This document shows positions 16,894 through 25,472 of a stretch of DNA of 35,478 bases, piece by piece (position 1 is the first letter of the stretch; the number at the start of each line of letters is the position of its first letter). The translations under genes and the position numbers were made by a program. Source of the DNA: a virus; the IMG/VR virus record IMGVR_UViG_3300009702_000011, positions 1 to 35,478 of that record; one strand, 5' to 3'. The notes beneath the pieces were generated by a model. It saw only the letters and a list, made by a program, of their open reading frames with translations. It made no database searches and was not told where the DNA came from.

Positions 16894-18001
16894 GCTGGAC
16901 GCTCAGACAGCCGCACTGAAAAAGGGTCTCGCCGAGTCCCGGCAATCTATTGATCGCCTGGGTAAAGGCATGTCCGGCAATGTGGCAATGGGCATGGCCA
17001 AGTTTCAAGCTGGCTTGATCGCCGTACAAGCGGTTCTTGGAGCGGTCAGTGGAGCGATGCACGGTGTCGTCGAGGCCATGCGAGACATGGATCGCACGCA
17101 GAAAGTGGCGGATCGACTTGGCATTACCGCGGATGCGTTGAATGTGTTGGGATTTGCCGCCGAGCAATCCGGGGCCAGTCAGGATCAACTCAACACTGCG
17201 TTGACGCAGCTAAGCAATCGTGTGTCCGATGCTGCCCAGGGGATTGGCGATGGCAAGAAAGCACTTGATGACCTCGGGTTGTCAGCCGAGGCCATCAATA
17301 ATTTGACCGTCGATCAGCAGTTGTCAATCATCGCCGATGCCATGCAAGGAGTCGAGAATCACAGCGACAAGGTCCGCATCGCGATGGACCTATTCGGTCG
17401 CAGCGGCACCGAGTTACTCAACATGCTCGAAGGTGGCAGTGCTGGACTCAATGATTTCGCTGCACAGGCGGATGATCTCGGTTTGACACTCGGGGACAGC
17501 CGAGAGGAAGTGGAAGCGGCCAACGACGCGATCAATCGCATGAAACGAGCATGGGGGGCATTGGTCGATAAAATCGTCGTTGCAATCGCACCGGCGATCG
17601 AGTTGATTGCAACCGCGTTGGCCAAAGTCGTAGGTTGGTTTAATCAGCTCTTTGGCCTTGGTGGTGATGTCAAATTCGATTCACTGGCGAAGGCCGGTGA
17701 CAAAGTCAAGGCGTCCATGGAAGGCACGCATGAGGCGGTCAAGAAGACTGTCGAGAAAGTGCACGAAGCCACGAAAAAAACTGTTGATATGGCCCGTGAA
17801 CTCGGCAAAATCCAGCGCATGAAAACGTCCGGTGTGGGGGCCGTCACGCGTAGTTCAGCGGCCGGATTTTCTGCCGTTCAGCAAGGCATTCGTGACCGTG
17901 CGGACACAAAACGCTGGCGAGCTGCGATGCTCAAGAAGCAAGATGAGATTGTTGCGGCGGCCAAAGCCGGCCAAATAATCTTGGCGGAGGGGTCCATCTA
18001 A
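16865..18001 (+). CDS. Tape measure protein (short, 378 aa)
   Basis: Called from its position after G/GT and its Ala/Gly/Leu-rich helical composition. It contains a hydrophobic segment IVVAIAPAIELIATALAKVVGWF. Confidence 0.8.
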   Translation: MATAAKIDIKLDAQTAALKKGLAESRQSIDRLGKGMSGNVAMGMAKFQAGLIAVQAVLGAVSGAMHGVVEAMRDMDRTQKVADRLGITADALNVLGFAAEQSGASQDQLNTALTQLSNRVSDAAQGIGDGKKALDDLGLSAEAINNLTVDQQLSIIADAMQGVENHSDKVRIAMDLFGRSGTELLNMLEGGSAGLNDFAAQADDLGLTLGDSREEVEAANDAINRMKRAWGALVDKIVVAIAPAIELIATALAKVVGWFNQLFGLGGDVKFDSLAKAGDKVKASMEGTHEAVKKTVEKVHEATKKTVDMARELGKIQRMKTSGVGAVTRSSAAGFSAVQQGIRDRADTKRWRAAMLKKQDEIVAAAKAGQIILAEGSI

Positions 18002-19089
18002 TGGCGGTTATCAGAGTATGGGAATCGCAAGAGGCGGCCAGCGGTGGCGTCGACAAAATGGGCAACCGTCAATATGCGGCACCATATTTATGTCAGGTGG
18101 ATAGTGCTTATGATGGACCAGTAACGATTATGAATCACTTGTCGGCCAACGGACCATGGCCAGGTGACAGTTTCCGTTATGGCAACGAGACGGATTCCAC
18201 GGTCCTCTGCACTGGCATTTCATCGCCGAAACGAGTGTCCGAGAGTACTGATGTGTGGACGTTTGTAGCCACCTATTCGACGCCAGACCCGGCCGATGAC
18301 AAGCCGGACGACAATGGCGAACCAAGTGATACGCCGAATGACTGGCGTATGCATGTCAGCGTGAACACGTCACCGTTCAGCGTGCCGGTGCGGCAGGCGT
18401 GGAACGTAGATCCGATTCCCGTTCCCGGCAAGTTTTCATCATTTGTCCGGCCGGCATTTACCTACGGCCCAGTCGTAAATTCAGCCGGCGTCCCATACGA
18501 TCCGCCGCTAATGAAAGAGGACAACGAGATCATCTATCGGATCAAGGGATTTACCGAAACGCTCAAAGTTGCTGATCTGGATTGGCCAATCAACAACATC
18601 AATTCGGTGTCGCTTCGCTGGGTTACGCGACTCCAGAAATACTATGGCCTAAAGAATGACAAATTCGAAGCATTCACGCTGAAGTGTACGTCCGTGGCAG
18701 CGGACGTTGGTTGGTGGCGTGATCTGGTCTATTACACGATCGATTACGAGTTTCGTTATCGCCACCGAGCTGCCAATTTCGAGGATCCGGTCGATGGGTG
18801 GCTGGAGTATGTGCTGGATCGTGGTAATTCACGTCTCGCTGGAGCTGGCGACCCAGACGGCCGAGGCGGTACTGTGTCGGCTCTGGACCTCAAGGATGGA
18901 GTTGCACATGCGGCACCAATCCTTGATGTTGATGGCCGCCGTGTATCCGAGGCGATTCTATTAGACGGTGCCGGCCAACCAGCCACGGGCGATGATCTCA
19001 AGAATGGCGTATGGTTCGAGTGGAAGATCAATAGTGACGATGCCGATTTTACAAAATTGGCCATTCCGATATTTATGAGTGGCGTGTGA
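18001..19089 (+). CDS. Distal/minor tail protein
   Basis: 362-aa ORF directly after the tape measure gene, with stop/start overlap (TAATG). Confidence 0.5.
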   Translation: MAVIRVWESQEAASGGVDKMGNRQYAAPYLCQVDSAYDGPVTIMNHLSANGPWPGDSFRYGNETDSTVLCTGISSPKRVSESTDVWTFVATYSTPDPADDKPDDNGEPSDTPNDWRMHVSVNTSPFSVPVRQAWNVDPIPVPGKFSSFVRPAFTYGPVVNSAGVPYDPPLMKEDNEIIYRIKGFTETLKVADLDWPINNINSVSLRWVTRLQKYYGLKNDKFEAFTLKCTSVAADVGWWRDLVYYTIDYEFRYRHRAANFEDPVDGWLEYVLDRGNSRLAGAGDPDGRGGTVSALDLKDGVAHAAPILDVDGRRVSEAILLDGAGQPATGDDLKNGVWFEWKINSDDADFTKLAIPIFMSGV

Positions 19090-19466
19090 GTGCTATGAGA
19101 CGCGTTACTATTTTTGATACCAAGGCGCTAGCCAAGTTGAAGGCTGATCACAATCGGCTGGAGCATGAAGTACGTGACATGCGTGCGACGCTGCGGCGGT
19201 TCGTCGCTGGCATTGGCGACGCGGACTCCGGTGTCTATATCGCGGTTACCGGGGCCGGTGGTGTTCCCGCATTAGCTGGCGCCACGCCTGGTAGTGCCAC
19301 GGTGACGCTGAAGGGGATCGACAATACCGGCGCGCTAATATCCACGTCACGTACCGTCACGGCCTACAATTTGTCAGCGACAGCGGTTGGTGCGAACAAA
19401 TTCATCCAGATCAAACGCGAGTGGGTGACCGGCAAATACGTCGTGGACTTCGAAGATTGCACATAA
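19086..19466 (+). CDS. Hypothetical tail-associated protein
   Basis: 126 aa with a GTGA overlap. It has an N-terminal coiled-coil-like segment. Confidence 0.5.
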   Translation: MSAMRRVTIFDTKALAKLKADHNRLEHEVRDMRATLRRFVAGIGDADSGVYIAVTGAGGVPALAGATPGSATVTLKGIDNTGALISTSRTVTAYNLSATAVGANKFIQIKREWVTGKYVVDFEDCT

Positions 19467-19481
19467 CTTCGGAGGTGCCAC

Positions 19482-19934
19482 ATGGGCGGTGGGTTCAAAA
19501 AGAATAATCCAGGTTGCAACTGTTGCGGAGCTACGGCGTGCAGTTTTTGCACAAGCGGGACCACACCAGAAACAATCTCGGTTACCATCTCCGGTGTAAC
19601 CGACAGCTATTGCGATGCATGTTCGACACTCGATGGTACGTACGTGCTGACGAAGACCGCGGCGGACCCGTGTGTTTGGGACTATTCTACGCCGATATTT
19701 ACTCAGCAATGTGGAGTCTATAATCCACCGAGTTCGCGATCATGGTATCTGAAGATATTCGCGACATTGAGCGGTGGCTGGCAATTTGAAATTGGTTCGG
19801 TCGGTCTGGCGGATGCGATCTATACGTTATCGTTGGCGAGTCCGTTTGACTGTAGCGTGGCAAGGACGTTAAATCGTACGCAACAGGGCACGGCTTGCTC
19901 ATTTCCTTCCACTGTGACGATTACACCAGCATGA
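19482..19934 (+). CDS. Cys-rich 150-aa protein (11 Cys; N-terminal GCNCCG..ACSFC)
   Basis: ATG 19482 follows GGAGG (19471-19475). Its stop overlaps the next ATG (ATGA at 19931-19934). Confidence 0.65.
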   Translation: MGGGFKKNNPGCNCCGATACSFCTSGTTPETISVTISGVTDSYCDACSTLDGTYVLTKTAADPCVWDYSTPIFTQQCGVYNPPSSRSWYLKIFATLSGGWQFEIGSVGLADAIYTLSLASPFDCSVARTLNRTQQGTACSFPSTVTITPA

Positions 19935-20863
19935 GCGAGTGTACATTTGAAATCACCGGGCCAAATGAAAGAACGTGCACACGTTGTGGACGCATCATTC
20001 AGTCGCCGCATCCACCAGAGCGATGCCACGCGGTCTGTCCGGCTGGGACGCCAGATGAGAAGGCTGGTTTGCCACGAGGGTGGGCTGGGTCATGCACTAA
20101 GCAATGGTACACTACATCGCAGCTCGTTGCGGACACGCAGATGCTCTACCCACTCATCCCACAAGACATATCACGGGTGGTCGGCGTACCGCGTAGCGGG
20201 ATGATACCTGCGGCGATCTTGGCAACGCATCTCCATGTGCCACTTTATGGCATCCGTGACGGACAATTGGTGGCGATGGACGCGGGTGACCGAATGAACA
20301 ATACGTCAGAGCGGCAGGGCCGTACGCTGCTGGTTGAGGACTCCGTGGGGATCGGGCATCGGGTGCGAAAGCTGGCAAGTACGCTGCCAATTGATCAGTG
20401 GTGCAAGTTGGCCATCTACGTGCTACCACGAAGCAAGCACCTGGTCGACATCTATGCCAAAGAAGTACCCGCACCGCATTTGTTCGAGTGGAACTTTTTC
20501 AATGGGGTCTTTATGCGTTCTGCGGCATTGGATATGGATGGCATCATATGCCGTGACGTTACCGGAGAGCCGCAGTATGTGCCACGTAACGTACCGTGTG
20601 CAGCAATCATTACCGCACGACCCGAGAGTGCGAGAGCGGCGACTGTGGCGTGGCTCAATCGATATGGAGCGAGGTACGACAGGTTGATTATGTGGCCGGG
20701 CCAAACTGCGGACCGCAATCTGTACTCGCAGGCGGATTGGAAGGTTGAAATGATGCGGGACGTGTCGGCGGACATCTACGTGGAGTCGTGTCCGTATTTA
20801 TCGGGCGAGATGCGTAAACGCGGTATGAGGGTGTTGTGTCCGCAGGAAGGAATCCTCAGGTGA
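19931..20863 (+). CDS. Zn-ribbon-like N-terminus + phosphoribosyltransferase-like domain + HAD-like phosphatase domain fusion
   Basis: CTRCG...CHAVC at the N-terminus. VVGVPRSGMIPAAILA and TLLVEDSVGIGHRV resemble PRTase motifs (PRPP loop). ALDMDGIICRD and AIITARP resemble HAD motifs I and II. Confidence 0.65.
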   Translation: MSECTFEITGPNERTCTRCGRIIQSPHPPERCHAVCPAGTPDEKAGLPRGWAGSCTKQWYTTSQLVADTQMLYPLIPQDISRVVGVPRSGMIPAAILATHLHVPLYGIRDGQLVAMDAGDRMNNTSERQGRTLLVEDSVGIGHRVRKLASTLPIDQWCKLAIYVLPRSKHLVDIYAKEVPAPHLFEWNFFNGVFMRSAALDMDGIICRDVTGEPQYVPRNVPCAAIITARPESARAATVAWLNRYGARYDRLIMWPGQTADRNLYSQADWKVEMMRDVSADIYVESCPYLSGEMRKRGMRVLCPQEGILR

Positions 20864-21867
20864 GTAAGCACATTAGGTTCTGTCCGATACCATTCGATCA
20901 TCTCAATAAGGAATCACGTCGATATGCCACCTGTTGCCCAGGCTGGCTCGATGGCACCCGATTTGTTTACGAGCACAATGCCGACCCATGGCAGACATGG
21001 AACCATCCGACGCTAGTGGAGCTGCGACAGGCGGTGCTTGATCAGGATTGGCGGTTCTGTCAGAAGTGCCCAAACCGTTATCGGGTCCAGGACCGTGATG
21101 GACCTCGTGCCGACGACAAGGCCATTATGGAGAGGCCGCCGGTGACGGTTGGATTTGGGGATAACATGACGTGCAACTTGCGGTGTCCGAGCTGTCGGAC
21201 ACATATCGTGCGGGAGCAAACCACGCAAGGCCCGAGCGTCGCGGAGATATGCGATGGGTTTGACGGTCGGCTCCCAACAGTCGCACTCAACGTGAGCGGT
21301 GACCCGTTCGCGAATGCCGAACATCGGGCGTTCATGCAGTCAGAAGGGCCGGAGGATCTGATTATCTGGACTAATGGCGTGCTATTGCCACGGTACTGGG
21401 ACAGTATCCAGCGAAAAGTTACCGTCCTATTAACCTCGATCGATGCGGCAACGAAAGAGACATACGAATGGGTGCGGCAACCAGCGAAATGGCCGCAGCT
21501 CATGGCATGCCTGGCAAAGTGCCACGAGATTGTCGCCAGCAAGCAACTGGAGATTTGGCAGTGCAATTTCGTCGTGCAGGCTCGCAATTTTCGCGAGATG
21601 CCGGCTTTCGCCGAGATGTGCATCGAGTATGGGGCTACTGCGGTGCAGTACACGCCGATCGCACCATGGCAGCACATCACGCCGGAACAATGGCACGATC
21701 GCAATATTCAGAATCCGCATCACCCGGATTACTCGGAATATTTGGACGTGCTACAAGATCCGCTATTGCAATTGCCGGGAGTGGATGTCGGTTTGGTATC
21801 ACCACAATCAACACAATGGTTTGCAAACGCCGCACCGCAGCAAAATTATTTCAGCATACAGCCATGA
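20860..21867 (+). CDS. Radical SAM enzyme with N-terminal Cys-rich extension
   Basis: CNLRCPSC (CX3CX2C) at 21172-21195, a GDPF glycine-rich SAM motif, and N-terminal FCPIPF...CCPGW...FCQKCP. GTG 20860 overlaps the upstream TGA. Confidence 0.85.
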   Translation: MSKHIRFCPIPFDHLNKESRRYATCCPGWLDGTRFVYEHNADPWQTWNHPTLVELRQAVLDQDWRFCQKCPNRYRVQDRDGPRADDKAIMERPPVTVGFGDNMTCNLRCPSCRTHIVREQTTQGPSVAEICDGFDGRLPTVALNVSGDPFANAEHRAFMQSEGPEDLIIWTNGVLLPRYWDSIQRKVTVLLTSIDAATKETYEWVRQPAKWPQLMACLAKCHEIVASKQLEIWQCNFVVQARNFREMPAFAEMCIEYGATAVQYTPIAPWQHITPEQWHDRNIQNPHHPDYSEYLDVLQDPLLQLPGVDVGLVSPQSTQWFANAAPQQNYFSIQP

Positions 21868-22463
21868 TCATATTCCCGAGCCAGGGTCTGATCTTCATTC
21901 ACTCGCCGCGTACTGGTGGCACGAGTCTCAATTTTGCCATTCGGCAGATCGTGCCTGATGCGATAGTGCGGTCGCACGGGGTCGCAGAGCAGCATATGCG
22001 GGCAGCCACGGCCCGTGCTCATTATCCTGGACATGATCTGGTCACTATTACTCGCAACCCGTGGGACGTGTATGCGAGTATTTACCGTATGGCTCGCCGA
22101 GTCGCGCAGGATCGCGATACGAGTTTCTGGCAGCCACATGCGCTGGACAATGTGCTCGCATGGTCGCGACTGTCATTCTCGCAATTCTTATTGCAGACTG
22201 TCGGCCGAGACACATTTCGCCTGTCACATGCTGGGGGATTCACGGCCAGCTATGCCGACGCGTATACGACGATACTGCGATACGACGAGCATCCATTTCG
22301 GGTGCTGGGTGTGTTGCTTGGTGCAAAGGTCGAGGTAAAACGCGAGAACGCTGGTGTGACTGACGTCGAGATACCGTGGATGGCCTGGATGGTGGATCTG
22401 GTCGGCGAGCAGTGTCACATCGATGTCGAGCGATTCGGCTACCGGCCGCCGGACGTGCGGTAG
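21864..22463 (+). CDS. Sulfotransferase-family protein
   Basis: LIFIHSPRTGGTSL (5'-PSB-like) and LVTITRNPWDVYASIY (3'-PB-like) resemble the motifs of carbohydrate-type sulfotransferases. ATGA overlap at 21864-21867. The ORF-track start at 21468 is an out-of-gene extension. Confidence 0.75.
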   Translation: MIIFPSQGLIFIHSPRTGGTSLNFAIRQIVPDAIVRSHGVAEQHMRAATARAHYPGHDLVTITRNPWDVYASIYRMARRVAQDRDTSFWQPHALDNVLAWSRLSFSQFLLQTVGRDTFRLSHAGGFTASYADAYTTILRYDEHPFRVLGVLLGAKVEVKRENAGVTDVEIPWMAWMVDLVGEQCHIDVERFGYRPPDVR

Positions 22464-22675
22464 TTGTGGAGTTGCTGTACTGCGCGCTGCATATCGTTGG
22501 CAATTTCTTGGACGGATTGGCGAGCGCGATGCATTCGCACCTCGTAGGCGACCCACAGTCCGAGCGTTACCGATTGTAACGCGATGGCGATCACTACCCC
22601 AACAGCGAGCCAGTTGAGACGACCGCGGAGCGCTCTGACCTGCCTGGCGAGTCGTTGTATTGCGGGATCTGACAT
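22439..22675 (-). CDS. Small single-pass membrane protein (opposite strand; superinfection-exclusion/moron candidate)
   Basis: 78 aa with GGAGG 7 nt upstream of the ATG on the minus strand. The TM segment is WLAVGVVIAIALQSVTLGLWVAY. Its 3' end overlaps the sulfotransferase 3' end by 25 nt. Confidence 0.5.
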   Translation of the reverse strand: MSDPAIQRLARQVRALRGRLNWLAVGVVIAIALQSVTLGLWVAYEVRMHRARQSVQEIANDMQRAVQQLHNYRTSGGR

Positions 22676-22754
22676 AGTGTAATCCTCCCGGCAGCCAGTC
22701 TAGCAGGACGGTCGACGCCGTGCAAAAAAATCCCAAATTATTTCGATGTTCTAC

Positions 22755-22783
22755 TTGACATATTATCGCGGTGCCGATATACT
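22755..22783 (+). promoter_or_regulatory. Strong sigma70-type early promoter (TTGACA-17-TATACT)
   Basis: TTGACA at 22755-22760, a 17-bp spacer and TATACT at 22778-22783. It sits upstream of the first early gene. Confidence 0.6.
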
Positions 22784-22839
22784 ATGTGTAGTGATTGAGT
22801 TATGAGTTCAGTTCAGGGTTCCTTTGGCAAAGGAGATTG

Positions 22840-23346
22840 ATGATGGAAACGACGACAACGATCTATGTTTGCTCGAACGTCGAAACACTCAACGGGTATT
22901 TTCTGCGGACTGGTGCCAACCTCAGTGAATATGCCGAGGATATCGTCGATGCGGGAATCGCGGTCATTCGCGACGACCCGCGCGTCGACTACGTCACCTC
23001 GGCAGCGTATTGCGCGTGGCATGGCGGCACGCACGACAGCGCTGGCGTGGTAATTTGTGGCGACCGATACGGATTTGCAACGAGATTCGTCGCCACGCAC
23101 GAGCGAAATCCTGCTCCGTGGCTCTGTGATCTATGCGACCAGGTGTCCGATGCGATGATCGCGAAGGCACGAGAGCTGGGGGTCAAGCAGGCCAACGAGC
23201 TGGCCATGGGGGTAATCTACGACATCGAGAACGGAGACGAGCCAAACCCGTTCGTCGTGGACAACCTGACCATGGATGAGCTGGAACCGGAGATCGCGCG
23301 GCGACTCGATGAATCGCTGCGAGAACACGCCAATGCAGGACGCTGA
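22840..23346 (+). CDS. First early protein, unknown function (acidic C-terminus)
   Basis: ATG 22840 follows AAGGAGA. 168 aa. Confidence 0.6.
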   Translation: MMETTTTIYVCSNVETLNGYFLRTGANLSEYAEDIVDAGIAVIRDDPRVDYVTSAAYCAWHGGTHDSAGVVICGDRYGFATRFVATHERNPAPWLCDLCDQVSDAMIAKARELGVKQANELAMGVIYDIENGDEPNPFVVDNLTMDELEPEIARRLDESLREHANAGR

Positions 23347-23478
23347 AGCCGAGAGCAAAACAGAGAGCGAGTAAGCAACCAATCTTCCCCCAGCGGCCGT
23401 AACGCCGGCGCATCTGCTGGGGGTGGAATCGACCAAGCCGGTAAACCTCAAATGCCCCATGGTGGGCAGGAGTGGAAA

Positions 23479-23805
23479 ATGACGCGTTACAACATGTCGG
23501 ACGGGACGATTGTCGACACGAGCAAATCAAGCAAACAGTGGAAGGAGGAAACGGAGTGGGACGGAAACAACCATATCAGTTGTGCGACCGGTTGCCAGTG
23601 GGATCATGAGACGTTGTACCGGTCGCGGCGGGGCCGGTATTATGTTGTCCACGATTCGCAGTATCAATGTCGTCGCGAGTACGCCGAGTGGCTCAGCAAT
23701 GAGGAAGCCGTTCGTTGGCTCAGTGCCAACGGATATTTTGACGACGACAGCACGGAGGAGATCCCAGAAGAGCTGACGAAGTTGGTCGACGAGTTAACCG
23801 AGTAG
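23479..23805 (+). CDS. Conserved phage hypothetical protein
   Basis: MTRYNMSDGTIVDTSKSSKQWKEETEWDGNNHIS...TLYRSRRGRYYVVH is a pattern I recall from uncharacterised prophage proteins. ATG follows GGAG. Confidence 0.55.
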   Translation: MTRYNMSDGTIVDTSKSSKQWKEETEWDGNNHISCATGCQWDHETLYRSRRGRYYVVHDSQYQCRREYAEWLSNEEAVRWLSANGYFDDDSTEEIPEELTKLVDELTE

Positions 23806-23888
23806 TCACTCAATCGTCTGCCCCGTCCGGTTGCCAACCGCTCGGCCGTGAGGCGGCGGGGCAGACGCCCTTATTGGGAGCACGAGTA

Positions 23889-24074
23889 ATGAACTGGATA
23901 TCAGTCCGCGATCGGCTACCGGACGGTGTAACGACCGTCTTGATCTACGTTCCTGGTGACAATGAGCCTGTGTGGCTGGGATATTGCGAAGATGGACACT
24001 GGTACATGATCGAGGGTCGCGAGTGCCGGCCTAGCCACTGGGCCAAAATACCGGCGCCAGATCACACAGCGTAA
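23889..24074 (+). CDS. DUF551-like protein
   Basis: MNWISVRDRLPD....VLIY........LGY..DG.W... Confidence 0.6.
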   Translation: MNWISVRDRLPDGVTTVLIYVPGDNEPVWLGYCEDGHWYMIEGRECRPSHWAKIPAPDHTA

Positions 24075-24084
24075 GGAGCATGAA

Positions 24085-24282
24085 TTGAGTTCACATCTTA
24101 TCAGCGTCGCTGACGCCGCGTGTCGCCTCAACCTGCACCCATCACGGGTGCGGCTCCTGTGCAGCCAGGGGCGAATTCGAGCCACCCTGGTTGGCAAGAC
24201 GTGGGTAATCGCGGCCAAAGAGCTTGACCGGTTCTCGCAGTTGCCGCGGGAGCCGGGTAGACCACCGACAAAATCGCAATGA
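24085..24282 (+). CDS. Excisionase-family / MerR-like HTH DNA-binding protein
   Basis: LISVADAACRLNLHPSRVRLLCSQGRIRATLVGKTWVIAAKELDRF. TTG 24085 follows AAGGAG (24073-24078). It is convergent with the integrase gene. Confidence 0.7.
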   Translation: MSSHLISVADAACRLNLHPSRVRLLCSQGRIRATLVGKTWVIAAKELDRFSQLPREPGRPPTKSQ

Positions 24283-24290
24283 CAACCATC

Positions 24291-24316
24291 ACCGCAGCAC
24301 ACGCCGCGGTTTTTTT
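24291..24316 (+). terminator. Weak hairpin + T7 between convergent xis-like and integrase genes
   Basis: ACCGC (24291-24295) pairs with GCGGT (24306-24310), followed by a T-run at 24310-24316. Confidence 0.35.
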
Positions 24317-24329
24317 GTCGGCAGCCGAT

Positions 24330-25301
24330 CTACTTGTCGTCCTCGCTCGGCTCCGACAACCGGAATAACACATCGCATGGCTGCGTCGTCTTGACGATCC
24401 GCGGGTCCAGGTAGGATTCGGTCACCCGGCGGCTGGTGTGACCGAGCAGGGCCGTAGCATTGCCGCCAGCAGCCTCGTAGTGGCTGGCGACTGAGCGTCT
24501 CATGCGGTGGAATTTGCTGCGGCGATCGGTAGGCAGTCCCGCCTGCTTGAGGATTTTGGCGTACCGGGTCCATATGTACGCCCGAGAATATGGCCAGGGC
24601 CAAATCAGCCTGCGATCTGGCGTGCGGATCGACCGCAACAACTTGACGGCCTCGCGTGAGATTCGGTAGGTCATGTCCGCATGCTTTGCCTTCCGCAATT
24701 CGGCCGGAATCTTAACCCACCGGTCGATCAGGTCAACGCAATCCCACGTCAATTGCCACAGGGCACCAATCCGCTCCCCAGTGTCCCAGCAGACCAGGTG
24801 CAGGGACATCCACCACTGACCGGCGGGGATGCCTGCTATCGTCCCGCTCTGGGCAGCACAGGACGCGTAAAGACGATTGAGTTCGTGGCGTGTCCACGCC
24901 ATCGGTATCCGGACAGGCTCGTCCACACGCGGCGTGGTGGGCAGATGATGGACGACTCCCCGGCGGACCAGCCAGGTCCAGAGCGAGTGAATGCGGCCGC
25001 GACGTTCATTGACCGTTTTCGGCGCCAGGCCACGGTCGATCATTTCGTGCATCAGGGCCGCGATGTTGTCGTCCGTAAGATCGCCTATTACAGGTTCGCG
25101 ACCCAATACGGCGGCGAATTCATTCATCGCCAGACCGTATTGCAGACGTGTCTTCGGACTGCGGATCGTGACTGACAACCGGAAATAATCCTCTTCCATC
25201 ACCTTGCGGAGACTATTCGAGCAATGCATTGGTACGCAGATTATAATGGCGTAATAACGCCATCCGTGGTATCCACGTCTCCGACGGTCCACATGCTCCA
25301 T
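24330..25301 (-). CDS. int: Tyrosine recombinase / phage integrase
   Basis: TGERIGAL (Arg I), FHRMRRSVASH (H-x-x-R) and LLGHTSRRVTESYL (His...Tyr). The likely start is an internal Met at 25229 or 25199. Confidence 0.9.
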   Translation of the reverse strand: MEHVDRRRRGYHGWRYYAIIICVPMHCSNSLRKVMEEDYFRLSVTIRSPKTRLQYGLAMNEFAAVLGREPVIGDLTDDNIAALMHEMIDRGLAPKTVNERRGRIHSLWTWLVRRGVVHHLPTTPRVDEPVRIPMAWTRHELNRLYASCAAQSGTIAGIPAGQWWMSLHLVCWDTGERIGALWQLTWDCVDLIDRWVKIPAELRKAKHADMTYRISREAVKLLRSIRTPDRRLIWPWPYSRAYIWTRYAKILKQAGLPTDRRSKFHRMRRSVASHYEAAGGNATALLGHTSRRVTESYLDPRIVKTTQPCDVLFRLSEPSEDDK

Positions 25302-25437
25302 CTGCCCATGAGCGTGGTTTCACAACCATAGCTCACACATCCGGGATAGCAAATATTCTGTCGACTCCTCTCACCCGCACTGCAATCGTGGCAAGTGGCG
25401 GTAACCGCGAGGCCCGCGCTGCATCCATTATTGTCCG

Positions 25438-25465
25438 TTGACAAGCGATTAGCAACTGCTAAACT
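25438..25465 (+). promoter_or_regulatory. Promoter of the XRE repressor gene (TTGACA-16-TAAACT), operator embedded
   Basis: TTGACA at 25438-25443 and TAAACT at 25460-25465. The ATG at 25473 is only 7 nt downstream, which implies a leaderless or near-leaderless mRNA. Confidence 0.55.
25449..25462. promoter_or_regulatory. Operator O1, 14-bp palindrome TTAGCAACTGCTAA
   Basis: Perfect inverted repeat TTAGCA-nn-TGCTAA located inside the promoter spacer and -10. Confidence 0.6.
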
Positions 25466-25472
25466 GCGGGGT

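Noticed and set aside
21468-21863. N-terminal 132 codons of ORF 21468..22463.
   Set aside because: This part overlaps the radical SAM gene in another frame and has an Arg/Ala-rich nonsense-like translation. The sulfotransferase motifs begin right after ATG 21864, which forms an ATGA overlap with the radical SAM stop.
24283-25472. attP / tRNA-derived core next to the integrase.
   Set aside because: I found no tRNA-like 3' segment (T-arm/acceptor-like GGTTCGAATCC...CCA) or obvious arm-type repeat set in the regions flanking int. attP cannot be called from this sequence alone.
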